DNA of 63,218 nt, the filler included, from Choristocarpus tenellus KU-1152 (taxonomy: Eukaryota; Protista; Phaeophyceae), in assembly GCA_964200185.2 (NCBI GenBank). It is 9 parts of 9 records of this genome, joined end to end, with 100 filler letters (N's around TTAATTAATTAA, not from the genome) between each part and the next. Parts side by side here need not be neighbours in the genome. Positions count along the whole stretch, not along the records: positions 1 to 4,637 come from CAXNAD020013687.1; positions 4,738 to 11,161 come from CAXNAD020008167.1; positions 11,262 to 16,783 come from CAXNAD020010537.1; 6 more parts are not named here. One strand, written 5' to 3'. The notes beneath the pieces are model-generated. The model did no database searches. It saw only the letters and a program-made list of their open reading frames with translations, and was not told the DNA's origin. Positions 1 to 12,638 of this stretch are shown here, in pieces (the stretch's first letter is position 1; the number at the start of each line of letters is the position of its first letter). A program made the translations under genes and the position numbers.

Positions 1-43
1 CCCCCCCCCCCCGTGCCCCCCCCCCCCCCCCCTACCCCTCCAG

Positions 44-670
44 GCCCAACCCACAGTCCATTGCTCAGAGCTGCATGGACAACTTTGCCCTATCTCTTCC
101 CACCAAGTACACTTTCACACCGCTGATGGAACTGTGCAACTCGTTCTTGGGTAATGCCAATCCTCACATGCGGAAGGCTGCGGTGGCTGCGTTGGGGGTG
201 ATGTCTGAAGGGTGTCAGGAGCCAGTGAAGGCACGTCTTGGAGAGATTCTTCCTAAGATTTTGGAGGTAAGGGATATTAGACGGACGGACGGACGGACGG
301 ATGGATGGATGGATGGATGGGTGGATACATTATATATTTTTATTTTTTGAACGAGTGGTTTGTTCTCTGTTTTTTTTGGAATTGATTTGCTAATGGTTTA
401 ATTATTCCAAAACTTGAAAAGAGAAGTCTTTAGTGTATTGGGGTGGAAGGAAATATTTGTTCTCTCTGTTGGTTGTTACTGTGTTGGGAGGTTTTGTGGG
501 GAATGTGGTGATTTTTGGGGGTGTTGATGGTATAGTCATCTCTGATGGTATAATCATCTCTGATGGTGTAATCATGTCCAGTCTAGAACTTGTTGAAAAA
601 AAATTGCTACTTGATAATTATGTATTTTTTGAAAGTAGGTAGGTCCTTCCATACTTTTGTTTCTTAGATC

Positions 671-714
<44 letters not shown>

Positions 715-3246
715 ATTTTATTTATTTGGAGAAAAATCATAGATGGGAGAAGCAAGAGGTCTGTGGATTGAATGAAGAGCGCTTTGTCAGTGAAGCAGAG
801 GATTTATCTTCTTTTTTTTTTGGATTCCATCAGGTGAGGGTTGAATTTTGAATTTTGTTGAAGGTCTGTACAGTATAGGTGTTCCTTTGTGTATTTGATT
901 CAACAGTGTGTCCTCTCTAACTTTTATTTTCAAACACCTACTTATTCTAAGTATTTTTGTTAATGTTTGTGGTTTGGGTCCTCTGTGGGGGTGATTGTGG
1001 TAGTTGGCGGTGGATGAGAGTCATCATGTTAGAGAGTGTGCCTGCTTCTGCTTGGGTCAGTTTGCTGAACACTGTCAGCCAGAGATACTTGATCACTCTG
1101 AGAAGGTCCTTCCAATTGTTTTCCAACTACTGGACGATGCCACAGACAATGTGAAGGTGAGTGAGGGGGGAGGAGAGGTTTATGTTGACAGGAGGAGAGA
1201 TGTATGTTCAGAGGAGGAGAGGTGAATGTTGACATGAGGAGATATGTATGTTGAGAGGAGGAGAGATGTATGTTGACATGAGGAGATATGTATGTTGAGG
1301 AGAGGAGGAGAGGTGTATGTTGACATGCAGTTTTTTTTGGCTGGTTTGTGGTCCTTTCAGTTGAATGTAGTGTAGATATGGTTGATAGACTAGTGTTAAT
1401 AGTGTAAGCTGGGCATTTCTTGATTTGGTTGGATGTTTTGATTTGAAGGTTGAACCTTTCAATATACCTCTGTGGGTTAGTAAGTATTTGAAGGAGTTTT
1501 CTGTGTGTAGCAGGATTGGGTTTATTTCATTTCATATTTGTATTTGTTATTATTAGAACCTTCTAGAGCCTGTGCTTGTTCAATTGTTATATGGTGTGTT
1601 CATGGGGTTAGGGTTTTGAGGTTGCTGCTCCTTCACATTAATGTGTGTTACTGATATGTTACATTATTTTTTGTGTATATTTGTTCTATTTGTTGAGTAG
1701 TTGAGTATTTGTTGAGTAGGAATGATTGACAAACGCCTTCTAAGGAAATACTTTGGTCTTCCATTGAGTCTGAGATTAATTAGTTCACTACTTACGGGAT
1801 TTTTTTTGTTCTTATGTATGATGTGAGACATGACACAACATGGTATGATATGATATGATATGACATGACATGATATGACATGACATGACACAACATGACA
1901 TGACATGATATGATATGACATTACATCAAATGGTATGACATGGTATGACATGACATTATATGATATGGCATGGTATGACATGGCATGGTATGACACGACG
2001 TGACATTATATATTACATGGCATGGTATGATATGATATGACATTACATCAAATGGTATGACATGGCATGGTATGACACGACGTGACATTATATATTACAT
2101 GGCATGGTATGATATGATATGACATACCATCAAGGAATGGAGATTGAGAACTCAATGTCAGGAATAGGCCAAGGTATCGGATGATCTTTTTTTGACGACG
2201 AGGACAGCAATCCTTTGAGTGACTTTGTTCTACTTTTTTTTTCCTCTCCCCCACTACTGTATACATTGACTACTGTATATATACATGACTGTATGCATTG
2301 ACTTTTGTCTGTATTGAATTGTCAGGGAGTGTCATGTTATGTGCTGGAGATGTTCTGTGAGAATTTGGAGCCAGAGACTGTGATGCCATTCCTGGATCCG
2401 CTGATGACACGCCTAGTACAGATGTTGCAAACCCCGAAGAGGGGAGTCAAGGCAAGTATTACAGTAGTGTGTAGTGTTGTATTGGTGTTTTTGTATAATG
2501 TAGTTTTTTTTTATGAATCTGAAGGTGTTTGGGTGGAGGTTGGGAATAAGTTTTTTTTTGTTGGTGGTGAGAAGGGTGTACCTTATTTTGGGTTTGTACT
2601 TGTCATTAGTGTTAGAGTTTGGGTTTAATATATTTTTCAGGATTTGAATGTAAGATAGTCAATTCTGATTTTGTTATCTGATTTGGTTGGAAGTAGGTTA
2701 TCTGTTGTTAAGTCAAGCAATGTAGTGTTTCTTTGGGTGGAGAGAGTCTTGCTTGCAAATCTTTTTTTGTCAGTGTGCAGTGATACTAACCCTAACCCTA
2801 ATATTAGTCTAATTCTAATCTAAGGCTAGTCTAATCCTAATCTAATCCTAATCTAATCCTAATCTAATCCTATCCCATGTATTGCAGGAGAAGAGAGGGC
2901 TTGTGGTTGAAACTGTGAATGAGATACTAATTGAGTGTGACCTGAGTCAACAGCAGTTTTTTTATTATATTTGATGGTACTGAAAATTAACTCAGATTGC
3001 AAACCCGTCCCTTGTCACTCTCCCCTTCCCAAGTTCTGCCACAGCTTGAAACTGATATGCCTCTTTATTTATGTGGCATGATGGTTTGATTCATTTTACT
3101 CTCTTTCTCTTCTGTGACAGGAGATGTCTGTAGCTGCTATTGCTGCCACTGCTGTGTCTGCAGATTTGAACTTCCTCCCCTACTTGGTGACCACCTGTGG
3201 CATGCTGGGATCGCTCATGACCCTCACAGATGAAAAGATGCTCACT
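44..3246 (+). CDS. IPO4: Importin-4 (Kap123/RanBP4)-like HEAT-repeat karyopherin, partial (4 internal exons; both ends outside this contig)
   Basis: Manually spliced exons 44-266, 1004-1156, 2326-2451, 3121-3246 join in frame, with AG acceptors and donors GTAAGG, GTGAGT, GCAAGT, GTAAGT. Protein: ...HMRKAAVAALGVMSEGC...VRECACFCLGQFAEHCQPEILDHSEKVLP...GVSCYVLEMFCENL...EMSVAAIAATAVSA...FLPY. These resemble importin-4 HEAT motifs such as ALGQFAEHLQPEI (recognised from memory, no search run). Confidence 0.85.
280..321. repeat. (GACG)n/(GATG)n microsatellite in intron
   Basis: acggacggacggacggacggatggatggatggatggatgg read directly. Confidence 0.9.
676..710. repeat. (TTA)n microsatellite
   Basis: About 11 TTA units; explains the poly-Leu ORF 657..851. 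Confidence 0.9.
1170..1327. repeat. Degenerate intronic minisatellite (gaggagagatgtatgttga-like units)
   Basis: Repeated GAGGAGA(G/T)(A/G)TGTATGTTGA units immediately after exon 2. Confidence 0.75.
1826..2126. repeat. Pentanucleotide-based degenerate satellite (ATGAC/ATGAT/ATGGT/ATGGC)n
   Basis: About 300 bp of 5-mer units with an internal higher-order duplication; explains the spurious SYHAM-repeat ORF 1664..1996. Confidence 0.9.
2786..2872. repeat. CTAACC / TCTAATCCTAA short tandem repeats
   Basis: ctaaccctaaccctaa followed by about 4 copies of tctaatcctaa. Confidence 0.75.
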
Positions 3247-4637
3247 GTAAGTCAAGAGTAAGACAAGATTGATTTGTTTCCCTGCCTCCCCCCCCCCCCC
3301 CCCCCCCGTTTGTATTTAACCAAACTTAGTTGTTTTTTCTTTTTTGTTGGGTTTGTTGGAGTTAATTTTTGTTTTTTATTTTTTTTTNNNNNNNNNNCCT
3401 CCCCCCCCCCCTCCCCTGTCTTGTGACCTACACCAAATGAAGTCTATTGCCTGCCTGACTGGGTATGGTAGAAGGCATATCTACTTCTGATCTTTTTTTT
3501 AATTTGCTCTTCTGAATTAGGATTTTCGTCTTGCCCCTCCCCCTCCCCCCATGTTTTGAGTAGTATTATATAATGCTTGGTTGTTTAATATTGTTGGTTG
3601 GTTCTCCAGATTTGAATTATTGATGTTGAGGTGGTTGAGTTGCTCTAGAGACTGATCGAGGTATAGCTGAACCCTATCCCTAACCCTGTTTGTGAGAAGG
3701 AAGGCGTTAACGGAGGCAGTCCATTGGTCTTAATAGTGTAATAATTAATTAGAGTAATGTAGTTAGTATGAGAAGTACTGCAGTCAGTGTGTAGTGCCTC
3801 TGACCACAGGTTGGGGATATTCCTCAAAGTTAGTTTGATGTAAAGTTAGAAACAATTCCTACAATGCGTACAATAGTCTCATTCTTCTCATGTGCCTGTT
3901 TCCTCTGTATGACATGCAGAAAAGGGTCTCTTTGGTTGGGTGTATTGAGTGTACACTAAACTCTTTTTTTCTTTTGGAATGGGGGGGGAGGGGGGCATGG
4001 GGGTAGTGTGTCATTGTATCTGCTGGAGTCATTGAGGTTGGTGTTCTTGAAGGTACATCGCCTTAAGTCTTGTTGGGTTTTATGTTTTTAATTTTTTCTC
4101 AGAATTTGTGTCTTTTTTGTATCCGACTGAGTGAAACAAATAATAAATACGAAATATGGAACATGTTGTAAGATTGCAGTTAGAGGTTGTGATCGTTCAT
4201 ATTACTAGATTGCAGTTACTATTGGCTATTGTCATTCTTCTATGTAAGTGACAAGGTAAGGTGATTATTTTGTGTTCTTCAATTGGGATGGCATGTTCTT
4301 GATGTGACTGAATGTGATGAAAGCAAGAGGAGGAGAGGGGTGAAGGGGGGGGAAGACTCAAGTTCAATGCCAACTCAAAACTTGTAGTACTTGTTATCAT
4401 GTCTTTTACTGTGACCTACAGTGCAAGCCATATACCAACCCATTTTTTTTTCCATTTTCCTTTCCACCTTCATCGAATACTTCTCCCTTTCATTTTTTTT
4501 CTTTTTTCATGTTCCAAACGCCTTCCATTTTTCGTAAACAATCTCTCTCCTTTTCCGCGCTCCCCATCCTCCCCCCCTCCCCCCCCCCCTTCGCCCAGCC
4601 AACCCCCCCCCCCCCACCCCCCCCCCATCCCCTCTTT

Positions 4638-4737
4638 NNNNNNNNNNNNNNNNNNNNNNNNNNNNNNNNNNNNNNNNNNNNTTAATTAATTAANNNNNNN
4701 NNNNNNNNNNNNNNNNNNNNNNNNNNNNNNNNNNNNN
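4638..4737. other. Artificial contig linker N44-TTAATTAATTAA-N44
   Basis: Identical 100-nt spacer with six-frame stop core, also at 11162-11261, 16784-16883, 42007-42106, 45325-45424, 50550-50649, 54854-54953 and 59500-59599. Confidence 0.97.
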
Positions 4738-6049
4738 CCCACAGATACTTTGACCCGTAAGTGTGTTACTACATGTCTCTTTGTCTACTTGTCATGGTGT
4801 CCCAAGTAATGAGCGTCCACTAGGAAGGGCAAGATGTGTTGTAAGGAGATTAACTTCCGATGGGGAGTAGGCCATTGTGTGGTGTAGTTTGTAAGAATCA
4901 AGGATGATTTGCATACATGTACACTCACATGTAGCTCATGGGGTTATATCCTCTTTGTCTGCCTGTCCCCCTTCAGCCCGTATGCGGTGCTTTGATGGTT
5001 TAATATGTGAACAGACTTTTGCTATGCTTTGAAGTGTGAAGTGCTTCAGTGGAATCTTTAACTGCTGAGTAATCCTTTTGTTGACTCTGGCTCATGTCTT
5101 GGAGTCATCCTCTTTGGTGAGATCGACATATTGTGTTGAAACTGTTTACAAAATCCCTACTTACACATATTCTTGCCACGTCTTGTCACAACTGCGCTAA
5201 ATTCTTTGGAACAGGGGACAAGGTACAGCAACCAGAATAGATGCCTCCTTTCATGCGACCTGAGGCGACTAATCTACCTCCTCAAGGGTGATCTGGAGAC
5301 CCATAGGGAAAGTCACTATTGGCTAGGACATGTCTCCCTTCATCAGGACTGTGGAGGGAGGAACACAGTTACAGGCAAGGACTACACATTTTTCCAACCG
5401 GTGGCATCAACATCCTCTATCCTCTGGATTCTAACATCCTGCATGTCGGCAGGAACAGGGACCCTTTTTACTACCTCATTCCACAATCTTGGGCGTTTTT
5501 CCCATACAGCAAAGAGCAAAAGCTGTTCCAGCCCCTTCACCCACACCCTACCGTGCTGCTCTGATATTTACTTCCTTCTAGGGCTTTGCAGTGAAATGCA
5601 CATCAGATAAGAGAGGGACCGCTTCCTCCTCTCCCTGTCACGCCAGATGATGATTAGGGGGGGAATTTCTATTGTAGAAGAGCTGAATATGTATGTTGAC
5701 TATCTTGCGAATCCCTGCTGGTGTTGTGGTTTTTGTCATGGGTCAGGCTAACCAGATGCTTGTCCATATATATATATTTTTTTATTTGTACAATATGCTG
5801 ATCCTAGTGTCTGGACCTTTGCCAAGTTGGTGATTATGTGGAGAGAGGTGCAACAGGAGCACTGAATTTTTCTCTCCTGCTGGTAAGTAGTATACATATT
5901 TGAGTAGATAGAGGGAGAAGTGGTAATAGGGAGGCATGAGCTGGATGTGTGATGAGAGAGGAAAGAGTAGTCATGGCAATTGTTGTGAGGACATGGTTTA
6001 ATAGACAAATCACGCAGGATGATGGGTGGGGTTTTACACTATTTCTGAG

Positions 6050-6140
6050 GGCTCAAAGTATCTGAGGGGTGGTGGTGGCTGTCCATTTGGACCCCATTTT
6101 CCCGTGTCGCGATTTTGGGTGAATTTGTTTTCATATGTTG
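6050..6140. mobile_element. Partial copy of the GGGTCAAAGTATCT-TIR MITE family
   Basis: ggctcaaagtatctgaggggtggtggtggctgtccatttggg is the reverse complement of the right end of the copy at 42690-42865. Other termini occur at 4738, 16884-16949, 19303-19330, 45425-45470 and 59600-59636. Confidence 0.7.
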
Positions 6141-6439
6141 CATGTTAGTAGGTACTACTAGTTGGTGGTAGTACCGGTACGGAAACAACTTAGAGCACCA
6201 AGTTCGTCTGTTGGACCAAAGCTACAGAAGAAATCATGTAGATATTTTTTCACAAAGTTCGAAGTCCTGGTACAAGACAAGACCTGTCTAAGAAATACCT
6301 TAAGTGGATTCAGTAAATTTTGGCCAATTGCCAATCAGTCCTCAGGCTGGGTCTCAATTTTGATTGAGATCGCACCCCTCTGCTTGCTGATGCTCTCCTC
6401 TCTCTCTACTTTCCCTCACTGGTAATAATATTTGACAAT

Positions 6440-7400
6440 CTGTTGTGAACCTCATGGGGAAGCACTGGCAGATCCTCCAGACCCAGGGTCAAGAGACTGT
6501 GGCAACCTATGCACATGATCTTAAGCACATCAAGGTGTTCCTGAAGGAGTTGAGTCACCTCGTGACCAGCAATATCCTGGAGCCGCCATCTGTACACCTG
6601 ACCTTGGCTAGGTTCCTGTCAATGGTAACATCTACCTTCAACTAACTCGCATATTGTGTACTTGACATCCATCCTGTATTCTCAAGTGTCATGTCCTGTC
6701 CCATGAGATGGAACATTCCAGGATTAATAGATGGTGGGGGGGAAGTGCTTTTATGGCATGCCTGGTGTTTAGGGAGTGACCAAAATTGCAGAGTTGGAAT
6801 TTGTTTATGAGCATAGTGTACAATGTGGTTTTTGATCCTACACTCAAGTGTTTTGTGAAACAGATATTGAGGTGTAGTTTCCTAGTCAGCAATTGTTGCT
6901 TGCTCAGCACTGTGTACGGCATCAGTCAAGTTGCTGGTAAAGGCTTGTGTGGTGTATCTCAGATATATTATTTGCTCAAAAACAAATTAGAGGTGCGCAC
7001 GCATGGACTAACCTCTTGCTGAACACCTGGGTCTAATTAGGCTGACCACATCACTCATTATATATGCCAGTCCTGGATATTTCAGACTTAGTAGTTGGGT
7101 GCTTGTATGGATTGGTGCTTCCAAGTCAAGCAAGCCCACTAGCCCGCGTTAGTACTGATTGATACCCATGCACAACATGGGAATCCCTTGCAGGTGCCAG
7201 GGCTGGACCCAGCAGGGGCTCCGTCAATTGCAAACTGCTTCCCCACAACAAGGCACCTCATCGAGGCAATGGACAGCTGCCAGACTCTGATACAGGTCAG
7301 CTTCAGGTGGAAGGGAGGCGGTATGGATTTCTTACATGTGAATACCTTTAGTTCTGTGAGTAGTTCTTTGCTTGAGGAAACATGGAGTGAAGGCGCCAAT
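6440..7400 (+). mobile_element. Possible highly decayed Ty1/copia gag-pol remnant
   Basis: QTQGQETVATYAHDLKHIKVFLKEL resembles copia gag, and NLFMSIVYNVVFDPTLKCFV resembles the protease/pre-integrase region. Weak similarity judged by eye. Confidence 0.3.
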
Positions 7401-7449
7401 CCACTTGATTAATCTTTTTGGGTTTTTTTTACGAGTTCAAGTATGGCAA

Positions 7450-10400
7450 GACATGAGACAGCAGCAACAGGACCCTTGTATATGGTTTTGAATCGAAACA
7501 GATGAAATCAACCCCCGTCCTTTTCACGTATCCCATTGCTATGTACAATTTTTTACAGCATATATTGTTGTATGTCTTACAGCACTCATGCACACTGTGC
7601 TGTTACTGTTGCAACACCAGTGGGGTTTTTCTGTACATGTCAACAGAGAACAATCCCAGAGTTGAAGCTATAAAGAGTATTAACAGGCATTTTTAATCAG
7701 CCAATACAGGTACGTGGATTAGTATTGGGTTTTGAGTATGAGGAATGGCAACAAAGGCATCTTCAATGAAGAGCAAGATAGGATAGAATTGGTTCCATCT
7801 GTATCAGTACCCAGTTGAATCGACACAATGCTGTATAACAAAACATGGAAATGACAGGCTAACATTACAAATACTTCGATTTTGAGTGGTATCCACATGT
7901 GTGCCTTTTCCAACTCTCCTAGAGGGACAGGAGATCATGCGGTATGACAACATGCACAGCAAAAAAAATTAATGGTACTACCAAATGCCTTTTCACTGGA
8001 GGACACTCTCACATCATCGTAACCGTAGTGCTTTGCAATTAGTGCAGCAGACGAAGTGTAACACCTTCCACTATCAAGTTATGTCCCGTATCCACATCAC
8101 CTGCCATGAACTTGCTTGTAACATCCGGCTAGGAGAACAAAGCCAAAAGAAAGTAGGGATCTGTAGCAATCACTACCACATTAGTCATCACCATGACATC
8201 AAGCAAATGTCACTTCAAGAACTCCAAGGGAAGTTAGAAGGACATGAAGGAATGCCCTGTCCCAAACAAGTTTGTGCAGGTACCCACTTGATCATCGTGG
8301 TACTGGACCTCATGAAGTTCGGACCTGAAACTTCCCTGACCTTGTCAGTGTTCTAACACCCTTGTATGGGCGGTATTTCTCATTGAACAACTGGAGGGAG
8401 GTGACTGCAAGCCCTGACACAGATGCCATTGGTACCTGTTGGAAACATTAGGACGAGATTAGATGAGTAAGGGAAGAAAAGGAATAAGCGGCAGTTAAAG
8501 GCTACATCCAGAAAGGATGTAGTCTGGGAGTGCATAGATTGCAAGGGCAATTGGGCATACTGATCAATCTAAGCATGACACTGTGTACGGAAAATGAGCA
8601 TGTTTCCGTCAACAAGAAGGGGAGGTGGGTATGTTTAGGGTTGGGAGGTACTATTAATAGGTGGACTGTAACAGGGGGGTGACTTTTGGGGATCTAAGCA
8701 GTGTTAACTAGCTTGATACTTAACAAAGGTAAAAATCTTTACTGTACTATGTGCTACTGGAAAGGAATAATACCATGTTGCACTTGAATTTACCACCAAC
8801 TGCCTGTACTCTGTTCCATGGATCACTGGAGCCAAGTCTGGAGTACTTGCTAGGAACCTAGCCAATCAATCAGTGCAGGGAAGCAAGAAGTAACTACCTC
8901 ACAGCCCCCCCTCCTTTAGACTTTCAAAGCCCCCAATAGACGCATTCCTCCTCTACACTCTTACATCCGAGGTACTGCAGTATAGCTCCAACACTGTAAA
9001 CCATTCAGAGCTATAGTTCACCTGAAGTTACATTAAATGTCTTACGCTTGGCATTAATTGTCCAATCATTGTCCGATCCATCACCTAAAGTATGCCAGTG
9101 AGTGCACGCCCATCCTCCCACCATTGGTTGCTACTGTACAAAACCCTTGGAGAGAGTAGTTACACATTGCGAAGCCGCTAAACGAAATTCAACACTATAA
9201 AACACGTTTCACCTACATAATTTCATCAATCCTTCTATCCATCAGGGGACAAGTATCAGTACGACGCCCTACATGGAAGCCCAATCCGCCCAAATACTGT
9301 GAGCTACACCTAATCCAGTACGTAAAGAACGGGAACTTGAAGGCTTATTAATCACAAAATACAGCAGTAACTAAATTCATGGTAAGATCGAAAGACCTCA
9401 TAAAAAACAAGTAGTCACCTTCCATGACAACTGTATGGGTGGGCTCTCTTCAGGCTTTGGTCCCTGGATCCTCATTGTCCCATTCATTGTGGCAGATTTG
9501 TCCTTTGAAAGTTTCCCCACTGACCATTTCACAACCTTCTCAAATCAACCACAACCAAAGGGGGCAAAGGTAGGTGTATACATGTGTTCACAGACTGTTG
9601 CGGGGGGGGGGGGGGNNNNNNNNNNGGAGAGGGGGGTAGGGTTAGTTGTGGAGTGGGGGGGGGGGGGGGGGGGGGGGGGGGGTAGGGAGTGGCAGATAAT
9701 ATCAGGACATGAAAAGGGAACTCTATACAGATGGGCAGAAAACACTTTTGAACTGCTTTGGGGGGTGATTCCATGAGAGTGGCTAACTGATGCTGTTCAT
9801 TGCCACACATTCACCCTTCCGCCTCAGCATAGGCCTCCTTGTCTTGACCTCTCCAGTTCCCAATCCCACAATATCAGTGACTACTTGTACCTCTCCTGTA
9901 AGAGGTACACTTACTAAAGCATATTACCACTCAACATCTGAGGAATCAATTTTTGCATCAATCATACCCCGTTGTGCTTTGATATTTATGATATTTGAGA
10001 ATGTTACCCTTCATTTCACAAGTGAACTTGTTGGCTCCAGGTCTCTCGTTCTATGTTACCACAAGTAATATCTTGATAGAAGCCCTTTTCGTTTTGATGC
10101 ACACATGAACTGTACCTACCAATGACCTGAGGAACATAGCACATATGTTTGAACTGCACCTTTGAGGCCTCATCAAAAAGGAAGGTGCCTGAGCTTACAA
10201 CCAGGTCTGCAGTCCTAACCACACGTGGAAACTGAACCTTGAGTATAATCTTCACAGACCACCGTATAAATCATGCAACCACCACCAGGTACAGCATGGG
10301 CAGAGAGAGTTGATCAGAGTGAAGTGTGGGGACAGAAAATTCAGGCCTAGGCATGCGAACAAATATTGAAAAATCTTACCTTTCAGTCATCATATTGTTA

Positions 10401-10700
10401 ATATCACGACCCCTGCACACCCTTCTCTACAACATGTACAGGAAATTTTCTCCCAAAACCTAGAGCACCCAGGTGCATATCCAGATGTCAACTAAGCAGC
10501 AACATTTGCCCAGTTGGCACAGCAAAAGATTTCAGGTCCAAGTTAGGAACGTGTTTCAACAGGAGCTTGCCCTGAGTACTGTGGCTGCCATGAATGTCTT
10601 GACCTACCTGTTCAAATCAATAATCAGTCCCCTTCATCTCGCCAACACACGCCTTGCAAATAAAAATATAATGTTGAGCATGTACACTTGTCTCAGCTCT
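7450..10700 (-). mobile_element. Probable decayed DIRS1-like tyrosine-recombinase retrotransposon remnant
   Basis: Minus-strand fragments in the expected order: EGDYLFFMRSFDL (RT motif, ~9400), IRCSSQYLGG (GIR..YLDD-like, ~9300), GW..WTIN (RNase H-like, ~9100), YYSFP (MT-like YAFPP, ~8765). Many stops; boundaries approximate. Confidence 0.4.
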
Positions 10701-11261
10701 GCAAATAAACTGCACCCCTCACCTCCTCAATCACCATAGCCCCCTTCCGAGGAGGAAAAACCAGAGAGGAGCCGTGTCTATGACCCACTGTCACATGGAT
10801 ATGTCCCTGACTTGAGCCGTAGTCATCCTCATAAGAGATCTGGATAGGAGGAGGTGGGCAGGTAGCACGAAGCTTGTCTTAGCTGATACCATCATTCAGT
10901 GCTGCCAGTGAGTGAGGAAAAAGGAGCCTAGGTGACACAGCACCTGAGAATTCCTATAATCTAATAGGGCCAGCAGATTGAGGGCCATTGCATCATAAAA
11001 CAATGCTACTGGAGAACCCTACATAAACTTTAAACAGAGAAGAAAACTATGGAGGCAGCCACATCATCACATCATCACATCATTACCCAGCAACTGAGCA
11101 CAAAAACGTGATGGGTAACACACATCTTTCCCACCCTCCCCCACCCCCACCCCTCCCCTCCNNNNNNNNNNNNNNNNNNNNNNNNNNNNNNNNNNNNNNN
11201 NNNNNTTAATTAATTAANNNNNNNNNNNNNNNNNNNNNNNNNNNNNNNNNNNNNNNNNNNN

Positions 11262-11732
11262 CTCGTAGTTATAACCTCAACACCTTAGCGATGGAAAGTT
11301 TTGGGCGCCTTGGCAAGCAAGCGGAATGCTTCCTGGATGAGCTCACTACTCACATCGTAGGAGGGAGAGGAACTGGAGGACATAGCAGAAAAGGAGTAGT
11401 TAAGTCCCGGTTACGCCATATTGTCTCGGTGACTACACAAGTGGCACTGTCTAGACATGCCGTGCGTTTTAAGCTGGAACCACCAGGGAGATGGGCACGG
11501 AGGGGCTTATTGGATCTTAGGATGCCTCCCTAGCTCCTCCCAGGACACAGTTATAGGTAGATTGGAGACACAGGAGGGCAGTAGTGCAACATAGTAGTGA
11601 AGTAGCAAATAGATTAGGGTTTTTCACATTTATGACTTTTATTTCCTTAGGGCTTTATACTGACAATGTGTACAGTTTTCATTGGTTTCCCCCCTGACAC
11701 ATCTGGAAAATTCCAGAGGGCATAATAATATA
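11262..11732 (+). mobile_element. 3' end of RLE-type (CRE/R2-like) non-LTR retrotransposon
   Basis: Encodes ...LAMESFGRLGKQAECFLDEL..., typical of the RLE C-terminal (V/M)ETFGRLG motif. The 3' UTR, stem-loop and TAA tail align with the reverse complement of 39500-39960. Confidence 0.8.
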
Positions 11733-12379
11733 TAGTTTTCATTGGTTTTTCTCTTGACACATCTACAAAATGTCACAAAACATAATATTGTATTACTATT
11801 AAATGATACATATAGTCGGGGTACCTATATAAGAGAGGTCGATATTAGAGAAAACTGGATTAAGAGAGGGTAAATTGCCTTATCACGACTTTTCAGGCTG
11901 TAAGAGAGGTTTCGGCGGTTTTCCTCCCAATTCTCTCTTATATCGAGCAAACTCGCATTTTTTTCACTAATTGATTGAGGAGTTTCCCAAAAAGTCATGT
12001 GTAAAGTTAAGCAAAATATAACAACGCACAAACCTACTTGACACCAGCAGTACACAACATAGCAGTCTTTTGTCTCTCATTACTGTGCAGTAGAGTATAT
12101 ACAGTATATCACATCAAGTGTTAGACGACTGCATTGTACAGATACAATGATGCCCTGCGCAGCAGGATCCAGCTGCAACATGCAGGGTAATACTCCTGGT
12201 CCACCGTACTATAAATACCATAAGTGTCGTGTTGTAGTGGCTATCTTCATGGCATTTGCGGCATCACGAATCCTTTTGGTGCCAGCAAAATGAAACGAGG
12301 GTGCAAATTGTGCGTGAGCCCCACCAATCGCAAGACTTCGAGTCCTCCAGCCAGTGACAACACAATGTCGGAGCCCCAC

Positions 12380-12638
12380 GAGCCGAAGTACCTCAGAGGA
12401 TAGAGCCTCGTCCATTTGGGGTTCAAAATCCAATATTGTGATTTTGATGTAATTTTGGCTATTGTGTTCGTTAGGAAGTGTCAATATCTATGTTTCGGAC
12501 ACACCTTTTCATAACGTATACATTTTACCTACTCCGAAACATTTTGGAGTAGGAAAATGTCATTTAAAAAAACATGGGAAGTCAAGCCCCAAATGGACAA
12601 ACACGGCAAAATTTGTACCCTCTAAGATACTTTCACTC
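12380..12638. mobile_element. MITE (PIF/Harbinger-like) inserted in pogo transposase ORF
   Basis: TIRs GAGCCGAAGTACCTCAGAGG and CCTCTAAGATACTTTCACTC; subterminal GTCCATTTGGGG/CCCCAAATGGAC; flanks CAC/CAT. Confidence 0.8.

Noticed and set aside
1664-2266. ORFs with SYHAM/SCHVI repeats
   Set aside because: Translations of an intronic pentamer satellite on the antisense strand.
2786-2801. Telomere-like CTAACC repeats
   Set aside because: Under three units and intronic; not evidence of a chromosome end.
4682-4693. Recurrent palindromic TTAATTAATTAA motif
   Set aside because: Always centred in exactly 44+44 Ns; an artificial linker, not a biological site.
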